Program-made: the position numbers and the translations under genes
Origin: Patulibacter sp.
GTDB taxonomy: Bacteria; Actinomycetota; Thermoleophilia; Solirubrobacterales; Solirubrobacteraceae
Length of the DNA: 64,000 bases
Direction of reading: 5' to 3'
Assembly: GCA_047604965.1 (NCBI GenBank)
Contig: JASGGQ010000001.1
Span: forward strand, 88 to 64,087
Notes under the pieces: generated by a model
What the model was told of the DNA's origin: nothing
Database searches by the model: none
The model's input: the letters and a program-made list of their open reading frames with translations, nothing else
In this document: piece after piece, positions 20,897 to 30,168 of the stretch
Layout: each line of letters opens with the position of its first letter
Position numbering within the stretch: position 1 is the first letter of the stretch

Positions 20897-21789
20897 GCGT
20901 GCTCGTCGCGATTGAGCCGGGCCGCGTTGGCGATGGAGGCCGCGCGGCGCTGGAGCTGGGCGCGACGCTCGGCACCGCACTGGATCGCAGCGTGCAGGTT
21001 GCCGTGGTGGTGGTCGTCGCGCCGGGTGTGCCGTCGCCGCTGCGCGTCGGGATGAGCGACGAGGCGTTCGCGCAGCAGCTGGCCGCCGACGCGATCGATG
21101 AGGCCCGCACGCGCCTGGGCGACCGCTTCGGCGGCACGGTCGCGATTCGCGAACGCTCGGTGCGTGCCGGGCTGCTTGCCGCGATCGAGCAGGCGCGCCC
21201 CGGGCATCTCGTGCTCGGCTCGGCGCATGGCGCCGGCCCCGGACGGATCGAACTCGGCGAGATCGCTCGCGGTTTGCTCAATAGCAGTCCGGTGCCGGTC
21301 GTGATCGCGCCGCGCGGCTACTCCCGCTATGACGCATCCCACCCGCTGCGCCGCGTCACCGTCGCCTTCGGGCCGGATTCGGCCAGCGCCTTTGCGCTGC
21401 GGTACGCCGCCGTGCTTGCCGAGCGTGCCGACACGCAGCTGCGCACGGCGACCTTTTGGGTGCGCCAGGCGACGACGCCGCCGGCAATCGGTGGTGGCCG
21501 GGGCGACAACGAGGTTGCGATGCAGTGGAAGGAGCAGATGCGGCGGCGCGTCGACCAGGCGATCCGGGGTCTCGATCAGTTGGAGCTACCGAGGCGCTTT
21601 ATCGCGACCGACATCGCCGACGGCGATGATTGGGCGGAGGCCGTTCACACGCTCGACTGGGACGGCGGCGATCTGCTGATCGTCGGCTCCAGCCCGCCCG
21701 GCGGGTTGCGGCGCGTCTTTCTCGGCTCACGCTCGGCGGAGATTTTGCGTCGAGCGCCGGTGCCGGTCGCCGTGCTGCCCGGCGTGTGA
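20893..21789 (+). CDS. Tandem universal stress protein (two UspA domains)
   Basis: 298 aa with two USP halves, each ending in a G-x2-G...G(S/T)-type ATP-binding motif (LVLGSAHGAGPGRIELGEIARGLLNSSPVPVVI; LLIVGSSPPGGLRRVFLGSRSAEILRRAPVPVAV). The GTG start overlaps the GT-PHP stop (GTGA). Confidence 0.88.
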   Translation: MSVLVAIEPGRVGDGGRAALELGATLGTALDRSVQVAVVVVVAPGVPSPLRVGMSDEAFAQQLAADAIDEARTRLGDRFGGTVAIRERSVRAGLLAAIEQARPGHLVLGSAHGAGPGRIELGEIARGLLNSSPVPVVIAPRGYSRYDASHPLRRVTVAFGPDSASAFALRYAAVLAERADTQLRTATFWVRQATTPPAIGGGRGDNEVAMQWKEQMRRRVDQAIRGLDQLELPRRFIATDIADGDDWAEAVHTLDWDGGDLLIVGSSPPGGLRRVFLGSRSAEILRRAPVPVAVLPGV

Positions 21790-21999
21790 TCCCATACGGC
21801 GAGACGCGCTTCGTGGCGTTTCCGTGTGGTGGTTCCCCCCGAATCGTGGAGGTCTTCTTGATGCGGCTTCGACTGGCGCGGGTCGACGTGCGGTGTTCGC
21901 CGGGGTCGACCGTGGGCACCGGTGGTGATTCACGTATGAGTTGCCCGCAAGCGCGCCCCGAAAGTCGACGCGGCTGGTCGACCGGGGTACAGTGCGCCG

Positions 22000-23016
22000 G
22001 TGAGCCCCTCCCTGGCTGCCATGTTCGCTCGTGCATCCGCGCTCGCGCTGCCGTGCTCGGTGGCGCTCGCGCTGCCCGCGACTCAGGCCATCGCCGCAGA
22101 TGAGATCGGCAAGAAGTCGGGCGTCAGCTACGCGGGCATGCATGCCGTGGACACGCAGGCGCGGCTGGTGCTCTTCGCCGACACCTTTGACAACGGGGCA
22201 AAGTGCTCGGCTCACGCGATGGTGGAGTACAAGCCCGTGCTCCACGCGCGGCGCTACGAGCACAACACCACGCTGTTCCCCTACGAGATGTCCACGATTT
22301 CCTACGCTTGGACGAGGGACGGCAGCGATGGCGACGTGGGCGATACGTCGTCGTCGACGTACTACGACGCCAACACCGGCAAGACGTACGGGCCGACGGA
22401 GGAGGGCTATCGGTTGGAGACCGGCCTCGGGCAGTGGGGCGGCGTCGTCTCGCCGCCGTGCCCGACCGACCCGACGATCGGCGGCACGTACACGCTCCAA
22501 CGCATGGTCGGCTGGGTCTCTGACTCCTACGCCGCGCCGACGCCCACGCCGGAACCCACACCGACGCCGACGCCCACGCTGGAATCCACGCCGACACCGA
22601 CCACGCTGGAATCCACGCCGACGCCGACCGCCGATCCCACGCCGACGCCGACCACGCAAGCGCTTGAGTTGTTGCCGCCGCCGCTGGGTGCGCTCGCTCG
22701 GTTGCAGTCGTCGGCCCCCACCGTCAAGGGTGGGGCGACCAGCATCACCGTCACGCGCGATGGCAAGCAGTATCGGGCCGACACCACCTCGGCTTTCCAG
22801 TTCGGTGACGTGATCGAGATTGACGAGGACACGTTGCTGACGATCGAATACCTGACGGGTGGGCGAGTCGGCTTGGCGCACGGCGCCAAGGTGCGCATTA
22901 CCGGCGACCGGGAGATGGAGTTGCTCGGCGGGACGACGGAGGCTGCTCCGTCGTACGACTATCTGCACCCACTCGAGATTCAGACCAATGGTGGTGTCGT
23001 GGGGATCCGCGGATGA
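22000..23016 (+). CDS. Secreted hypothetical protein with a P/T-rich linker and a FecR-like C-terminal domain
   Basis: Signal-like N-terminus (ALALPCSVALALPATQAIA), linker PTPTPEPTPTPTPTLESTPTPTTLESTPTPTADPTPTPTT, and a C-terminal beta-rich segment resembling FecR (ITVTRDGKQYRADTTSAFQFGDVIEIDEDTLLTIEYLTGGRVGLAHGAKVRI). The FecR call is tentative. Confidence 0.6.
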   Translation: MSPSLAAMFARASALALPCSVALALPATQAIAADEIGKKSGVSYAGMHAVDTQARLVLFADTFDNGAKCSAHAMVEYKPVLHARRYEHNTTLFPYEMSTISYAWTRDGSDGDVGDTSSSTYYDANTGKTYGPTEEGYRLETGLGQWGGVVSPPCPTDPTIGGTYTLQRMVGWVSDSYAAPTPTPEPTPTPTPTLESTPTPTTLESTPTPTADPTPTPTTQALELLPPPLGALARLQSSAPTVKGGATSITVTRDGKQYRADTTSAFQFGDVIEIDEDTLLTIEYLTGGRVGLAHGAKVRITGDREMELLGGTTEAAPSYDYLHPLEIQTNGGVVGIRG

Positions 23017-23444
23017 GCCACCGACCGGTCACGATCGCGCTGCTGGCCGTCACGGTCGCGGTCTCCGGTGGCGCGGCCGCCGCCGCGCTGGCGGGCCCAC
23101 CGGCCGCGCCGACCCTGGTGCCGATGGCCTCGTCCGCCAAGGCTAACCCGGTCGTGGGCACGGTCACCAAGCTCGGCGGTTCCAAAAAGCTGAAGGTGCA
23201 GGCCGAGGGCAAGGGCAAGGCGAAGACGCTCACGGCCGGCGGCGAGCTGCGGCTCGGTGATCGCGTCACGCTCGGCAAAGGCGTGACCGCGACGCTCAAG
23301 CTGACGCGCCCGAAGTCGGTCACCGAAGGCACCGTGCTCGTGTACGTCACCTCGGCCAAGGGCACCTCGCATCGCTCCAAGCTCACCAAGAAGGGCCGCA
23401 CCACCACGGCGGTCATCACCCCTGTCAAGTCGAGCAAGAAGTAG
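23013..23444 (+). CDS. Small secreted/anchored lysine-rich hypothetical protein (FecR-like beta segment)
   Basis: 143 aa. ATGA overlap with the upstream gene. TM/signal segment VTIALLAVTVAVSGGAAAAALA. Segment VVGTVTKLGG...LTAGGELRLGDRVTLGKGVTATLKL. GC3 is high. Confidence 0.6.
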   Translation: MSHRPVTIALLAVTVAVSGGAAAAALAGPPAAPTLVPMASSAKANPVVGTVTKLGGSKKLKVQAEGKGKAKTLTAGGELRLGDRVTLGKGVTATLKLTRPKSVTEGTVLVYVTSAKGTSHRSKLTKKGRTTTAVITPVKSSKK

Positions 23445-23626
23445 GTCCTGGACCTTGCGCGGCGCGAGCATCGGGCCGTGGTGACGAACAACCTCGTGGA
23501 CTCCCGGCCGTTGCATCACGAGGCGATCGTCCTGGGCGGCCCCGGGCACCTCGGGATCATCTTCATGCCTGGCGCGTATCGGCGGGCGAGATCCGTGCAT
23601 CGGCTGGGCGCAGCGACGCGCTACGG

Positions 23627-25228
23627 TCACGGCAGGCCGACGACGGCGACGGGGAGCCAGGCGTCGGACGCCGAGCCGTTGCCGAGCTGCCCGTAGCCGT
23701 TGTTGCCCCAGCACTTGGCGCCGCCGGTCGTGAGCATGACGCAGGTGTGGTACCAGCCGGCGGTGATCGCGGTGGCGTCGGTGAGGTTCTCGGTCGGGAT
23801 GGGCACCGGCTTGACGTGCGCGTCGTAGTCGGAGGTGCCGATGCCGAGCTGCCCGTAACCGTTGAGTCCCCAGCAGCTGACGGTCTGGTTGCTGCGCAGC
23901 GCACACGTGTGCCCGTAGCTGGTGCTGATCGCGATGGCGTCGGTGAGGTCCTTGACGGCGACCGGCTTGTCGCGGTCGGTGGTGCTGTCGTCGCCGAGCT
24001 GTCCGAGCTCGTTGTTCCCCCAGCAGCTGACGGTCTGGTTGCTGCGCAGCGCGCACGTGTAGTCCAAGCCGGCGGTGATCGCGGTGGCGTCGGTGAGGTC
24101 CTTGACGGCGACCGGCGCGTTGCGGCTGGTGGTGCTGTCGTCGCCGAGCTCGCCGTCGCTGTTCATGCCCCAGCAGCTGACCTCGCCTGTGCTGCGCAGC
24201 GCACACGTGTGCTCGTAGCCGGCGGTGATCGCGGTGGCATCGGTGAGGCCGGTGACGGGGAGTGGCTTGGGGTGGGGGTCGTGGTCGTCGTGGCTGTTGC
24301 CGAGCTGCCCGCTGTTGTTGTACCCCCAGCAGCTGACGGTCTGGTTGCTGTGCAGCGCACACGTGTGCTCGTAGCCGCCGCCTCTGGCGCCGGCGGCGAT
24401 CGCGGTGGCATCGGTGATGTCGCTGACGGCGACCGGCGTGGCGCGGGGGACGGTGCTGTCGTCGCCGAGCTGCCCGTAGTCGTTGTTGCCCCAGCAGCTG
24501 ACGGCGCCGGTGCTGTGGACCGCGCACGTGTGCCGCCCGCCGGTGGCGATCGCGGTGGCATCGGTGAGGCCGGTGACGGGGGCCGGCGTGGGGTGCGGGT
24601 CATCGTCGGCGGTGCCGATGCCAAGCTGCCCGTCGGTGTTGGCGCCCCAGCAGTTCGCGGTGCCGGTGCCCTGCAACGCGCAGGTCGTCCGGCCGCCGGC
24701 GACGAGTTGCGTGCCCGACGACGACGGGGTGGGAGGCGCAGGGGCGGGGGCCGGAGTGGCGGTCGGCGCCGGATCTGGTGTGGGGGTCGGCGTGCCGGGA
24801 TCTGGTGTGGGGGTCGGCGTGCCGGGGGTGAGCTTGATGAGCTTGGACTTGGTGGCGAGCGTCTTCTTGCCGCTGACGAGCGTCAGGCGCAGGCGGTAGC
24901 TGCCGACCGCCGGGGCCGTCCAGGCGAGCGTGAACGCCTTCTGCTTGCCGCTCGGCTTGCCGGTGGCCGCGAGCTTCCACTTCGTGCCGGCGCGGCGCTG
25001 CAGCCGCACCTTTGCACCCGATGGCGCGTTGCTCGCGCGCCCGGTGATCGTCACCTTGAGGCCCGCAGGTGCCGTCCAGGCGACTTTTGCCAGAGCCGGC
25101 TTGGGCTTCTTTGAGCTTGAGTTCGCGGCGCCCGCCGATCCGGCGGGGCCCGCCAGCGTCGCGACGAGCACCCCGCCGAGGACGGCCGCCCGCCGTCCGA
25201 ACTTGCCGAGGCCCGCTGCGTGTCCCAT
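23627..25228 (-). CDS. Secreted RCC1-repeat (seven-bladed beta-propeller) protein with an N-terminal Ig-like domain
   Basis: Seven CWG-x-N-x2-GQLG blades: ANCWGANTDGQLG, VSCWGNNDYGQLG, VSCWGYNNSGQLG, VSCWGMNSDGELG, VSCWGNNELGQLG, VSCWGLNGYGQLG, AKCWGNNGYGQLG. I re-set the start to MGHAAGLGKFGRRAAVLGGVLVATLAGPAGSAGA (ATG 25228). Confidence 0.9.
   Translation of the reverse strand: MGHAAGLGKFGRRAAVLGGVLVATLAGPAGSAGAANSSSKKPKPALAKVAWTAPAGLKVTITGRASNAPSGAKVRLQRRAGTKWKLAATGKPSGKQKAFTLAWTAPAVGSYRLRLTLVSGKKTLATKSKLIKLTPGTPTPTPDPGTPTPTPDPAPTATPAPAPAPPTPSSSGTQLVAGGRTTCALQGTGTANCWGANTDGQLGIGTADDDPHPTPAPVTGLTDATAIATGGRHTCAVHSTGAVSCWGNNDYGQLGDDSTVPRATPVAVSDITDATAIAAGARGGGYEHTCALHSNQTVSCWGYNNSGQLGNSHDDHDPHPKPLPVTGLTDATAITAGYEHTCALRSTGEVSCWGMNSDGELGDDSTTSRNAPVAVKDLTDATAITAGLDYTCALRSNQTVSCWGNNELGQLGDDSTTDRDKPVAVKDLTDAIAISTSYGHTCALRSNQTVSCWGLNGYGQLGIGTSDYDAHVKPVPIPTENLTDATAITAGWYHTCVMLTTGGAKCWGNNGYGQLGNGSASDAWLPVAVVGLP
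24771..24824 (-). repeat. Perfect 27-bp tandem duplication inside the RCC1 gene's P/T linker
   Basis: Read directly: GGATCTGGTGTGGGGGTCGGCGTGCCG x2, encoding the repeated nonapeptide PGTPTPTPD in-frame. Confidence 0.85.
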
Positions 25229-25362
25229 CTCGGCGACCGTACCGCCCGTCACACCACCCGCGCAAGCACCAGCGTCCACCCGCCGGCGACGTGCCTTCGA
25301 CCGAGTCCACCGATCCGCGGCACGGGGCGGGCGATGCGCCGGAAGTTCGAGCAGATGGTTGA

Positions 25363-25860
25363 TTGCATGGGGTGGTGTTGTGGCTGTGCGTGATTCGTGG
25401 ATGCCCTGGATGCTGGGGTGAGTCATCACCATGCTGGTGGCCTGGGTTGACTCGCACCAGGACCCACTTCGGCGAGTTTGATCTCCCGTCGCAGCGTGTC
25501 CGCCTGCCGCAGGTCGGGAACATCCCGCTGACCGGCCTAGTCAAGCTCGTCGTTTCCGGCGCTCCGCAACAGGAGCTCGTCAACGGCGAACTGGTCGTGA
25601 CGACGAAGGTCAAGGTGCGCATGGAGAAGGTGTTCCAGTTCGGCGCGATCGAAGTCGCCGGCCCGGCAACCTGCCAAACCTCGCGGCTCAGCACGATCGT
25701 GCTGCGCGGCAGCTTTCACCCCGCGACTGGCGGCACCCTCAACGGCACCTACGACATCAGCAACATGACTGGCTGCGGCAGCCTCAACGGCCTCATCAAC
25801 CCGCTCACCGAGAGCACCAACAACCCGATCAGCATCACACTCACCCCCAACGCCGTCTAG
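25363..25860 (+). CDS. Hypothetical protein, possibly a 5'-truncated remnant
   Basis: GC3 is high only from about 25450 onward (...THFGEFDLPSQRVRLPQVGNIPLTGLVKLVVSG...NGTYDISNMTGCGSLNGLINPLTESTNNPISITLTPNAV). No signal peptide or convincing start or ribosome-binding site exists in any frame upstream, and the first ~30 codons of the track ORF have poor GC3. Confidence 0.45.
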   Translation: MHGVVLWLCVIRGCPGCWGESSPCWWPGLTRTRTHFGEFDLPSQRVRLPQVGNIPLTGLVKLVVSGAPQQELVNGELVVTTKVKVRMEKVFQFGAIEVAGPATCQTSRLSTIVLRGSFHPATGGTLNGTYDISNMTGCGSLNGLINPLTESTNNPISITLTPNAV

Positions 25861-28125
<2,265 letters not shown>

Positions 28126-28208
28126 CAGCTCGCGAGAGGTTTCAAGGTGCGCACGCCGGCCGGTCACGCGCGCACCGTGTGCGCGCGACCGCTACCATGA
28201 GCCGCTGC

Positions 28209-28281
28209 GGCGAGATAGCTCAGTTGGTAGAGCACACGACTGAAAATCGTGGTGTCCCGGGTTCGAATCCCGGTCTCGCCA
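28209..28281 (+). tRNA. tRNA-Phe (anticodon GAA)
   Basis: I folded the cloverleaf by hand. Acceptor GGCGAGA/TCTCGCC, D-arm GCTC-AGTTGGTA-GAGC, anticodon arm CACGA-CTGAAAA-TCGTG (GAA at 34-36), variable loop GTGTC, T-arm CCGGG-TTCGAAT-CCCGG, discriminator A. No CCA is encoded. Confidence 0.95.
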
Positions 28282-28286
28282 TTCGG

Positions 28287-28301
28287 GTTCGAGACTTGTC
28301 C
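28287..28301. repeat. Left direct repeat GTTCGAGACTTGTCC, immediately preceded by GCCATTCGGG (28278..28287), which spans the tRNA 3' end
   Basis: Read directly. It matches 30466..30480 at 14 of 15 positions, and 15 of 16 when the preceding G is counted. It also resembles the tRNA T-arm start (GGTTCGAAT). Confidence 0.8.
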
Positions 28302-28309
28302 GTCCGCGA

Positions 28310-28798
28310 CTACGGCGCAAGGACGAGCCGCGCCTGCTGCTGACGGAGCAGCGAGAACGTGTTGATCGTCTTCACGCCGTGCGGGATGCAGGCGTCCGGG
28401 ATCTTGATCTTCTTCGTCGATGCCGAGGGCTGCTCAAGCGTGACGACGTCAAAGCCGTGGGCGTGCGCATGGGCGACGAGGTAGTAGTCCGCTCCGTCGA
28501 GAAACGGGGTGACCGCGACCGGTTCGTACTGAGCACCGCGCGCCCACGACGCGATCGTGGCGAGGCTCGGGAGCACCGCGGCGTCCGGTGCCAGGAAGAA
28601 GTCGGCGCCCCTTGCCTTCGCCCAGTCCGCGAGTTCGTGCGCGCCTCCGAGCAACTCGTCACGAACCCGCTGGATCGAGAACACGTTGCCGCTGGCGTGC
28701 TCGCGGTCGATCCAGTCCCAGAAGCCGGGGGCGAAGTCGAACGGGTAGTACGAGTTCTTGGCGGTGATGAAGACGTTGGTGTCGAGCAGGTACGCCAT
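28310..28798 (-). CDS. PIN-like nuclease-fold protein (DUF4411 family)
   Basis: 162 aa. The N-terminus MAYLLDTNVFITAKNSYYPFDFAPGFWDWI is the characteristic DUF4411/PIN opening (acidic D in LLDTN). Further acidic residues follow (DELL, FLDGADYYLVAHA). Its ATG at 28798 directly abuts the TAG of the upstream ImmA/IrrE gene. Confidence 0.8.
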   Translation of the reverse strand: MAYLLDTNVFITAKNSYYPFDFAPGFWDWIDREHASGNVFSIQRVRDELLGGAHELADWAKARGADFFLAPDAAVLPSLATIASWARGAQYEPVAVTPFLDGADYYLVAHAHAHGFDVVTLEQPSASTKKIKIPDACIPHGVKTINTFSLLRQQQARLVLAP

Positions 28799-29947
28799 CT
28801 ACGCGACACCCACGCGAGAGGCCAGCTCGTTGAAGGTCGAGACCTTCTTGAAGCCCAGCATCTGGAAGGCGTCGCGATGGAGCGTCTGGCCTGCCAGAGT
28901 GCTGCGGATCAGCGCGCGCGTGAAGCGCTTGCTCGTGCGGACCGGCTGGGTGTTGTAGAAGCTGCCGCCGGTCGCCCTGCGCTGTTCCATGAGCGCCAGG
29001 ACGCGCGCCAGCTCTGTCTCGTACTCCTGTCGGAATTGCGTGTCGGAGAGCAGCCCGGCGTCGTAGATCCGGCGCAGCGCGACGAGCGTGCTGACCTTGA
29101 ATCTGCGCGCGATCTGTTCGAGAGCGGCCGGCACATCGGTGAGGTCCAGCGCTGCGGGCAGTGCGCTCGTCGGCAACAGGAACTCGGCCGCGACCTGGTT
29201 GCACCACCGCTCGGTCGCGTTGGCCGACGTGCGCCGCATGTCGGCGTCGGAGACGGCCGACTGGCCGAGCCAGATGTGGACCAGTTCGTGGGCGAGTGTG
29301 AAGATCTGCGCTGCTCGTGTGTCGGCTCCGTTGACGAAGACGACCGGGGCAAGATCGTCGGCGAGCGCGAACCCGCGGAACTCCTTGGGGTCGAGCTTGC
29401 GGTGCGTGTTGCTGCCGACAACGCCACTGACCATCACCAAGACCCCACTGTCCTCCGCCTCAGCAACGAGACGGCTGAACGCGTCGGTCCACGTGGAGCC
29501 GCGCTCGTCGGGCGCGAACGACAGCGTCTCGCGCATCGCGTCGGCAGCTTCGACGACGTCGGAGCCAACGCTAAGCGTCCCGACGACCGCGACCGGGTCT
29601 TCGCGGTTCAGTCGCGCGTAGTCGCGGTACCACTCCTGGCGCTGCTGGCACTGGTAGATCGTGTCCAGCAGGTTCGGGCTCGCGTAGCCGACCGTGACAT
29701 CACCGATCGTGCGGAAGTCGGGCACCCGCAGCGCCTCGTCTGGCGGCGCGCCGAGGAAGAAGTAGCCGACCGGCGTGTACGTCGCCGACGCGAACTTCTC
29801 AAGCTGCTTGAGCGTCGGCTGCTTGGTTCCCGCCTCCCACTCTTCGAGCGCCGCAAACCGCCTGAAGAGATCCTCGGGCGCGATCCGCGACCGCTCGCGT
29901 GCCCACGCGAGCATCGCCGGCTGGACGGATACCCGGACGGTCGTCAC
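28799..29947 (-). CDS. XRE-type HTH fused to an ImmA/IrrE-family (COG2856) zinc metallopeptidase
   Basis: 382 aa. N-terminal HTH region (LAWARERSRIAPEDLFRRFAALEEWEAGTKQPTLKQLEKFASATYTPVGYFFL) and HEXXH zinc site (FTLAHELVHIWLG) with downstream E (AAEFLLP). GTG start at 29947. Confidence 0.85.
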   Translation of the reverse strand: MTTVRVSVQPAMLAWARERSRIAPEDLFRRFAALEEWEAGTKQPTLKQLEKFASATYTPVGYFFLGAPPDEALRVPDFRTIGDVTVGYASPNLLDTIYQCQQRQEWYRDYARLNREDPVAVVGTLSVGSDVVEAADAMRETLSFAPDERGSTWTDAFSRLVAEAEDSGVLVMVSGVVGSNTHRKLDPKEFRGFALADDLAPVVFVNGADTRAAQIFTLAHELVHIWLGQSAVSDADMRRTSANATERWCNQVAAEFLLPTSALPAALDLTDVPAALEQIARRFKVSTLVALRRIYDAGLLSDTQFRQEYETELARVLALMEQRRATGGSFYNTQPVRTSKRFTRALIRSTLAGQTLHRDAFQMLGFKKVSTFNELASRVGVA

Positions 29948-30036
29948 GGCGTGGTGAGCGGCCCGGTCTGGCGGCGCTCAAGCTCGTTGACTCTCATCGC
30001 CAGCATCGTTCGATCATATGGGCCGGGCCTCCTGTA

Positions 30037-30050
30037 GTTCGGAACCGAAC
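30037..30050. promoter_or_regulatory. Inverted repeat GTTCGG-AA-CCGAAC upstream of the ImmA/IrrE-PIN operon; candidate operator
   Basis: Read directly. It lies about 90-100 nt upstream of the GTG at 29947, next to a TATGAT -10-like hexamer on the gene strand. Confidence 0.3.
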
Positions 30051-30168
30051 CTGTCCAGGCACAATCCACGGGACCATGTAGGTCTTCTGACTCGACGTCA
30101 TCGCCCAGAAGGTTACTGCGGCGTCGTGACCGACGCCGACGATCGCTCCGCGGCGTAGCGGACGAACG

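Noticed and set aside
22530-22660. CCGACGCC/ACGCCGAC-rich low-complexity DNA, also seen at 24700..24830, that looks like microsatellite or mobile-element debris.
   Set aside because: It encodes in-frame Pro/Thr linkers (PTPTPEPTPTPTPT...) of secreted proteins. This is coding low complexity, not an independent element.
23700-24700. A regular ~150-160-bp periodicity of similar sequence (GCCCCAGCAGCTGAC...GGTGAGG...) that could be mistaken for a tandem DNA repeat or array.
   Set aside because: The period equals one RCC1 propeller blade (CWG.N..GQLG). The units are diverged, in-frame and inside one long ORF with good codon bias. There are no short identical repeats separated by unique spacers, so this is not a CRISPR array.
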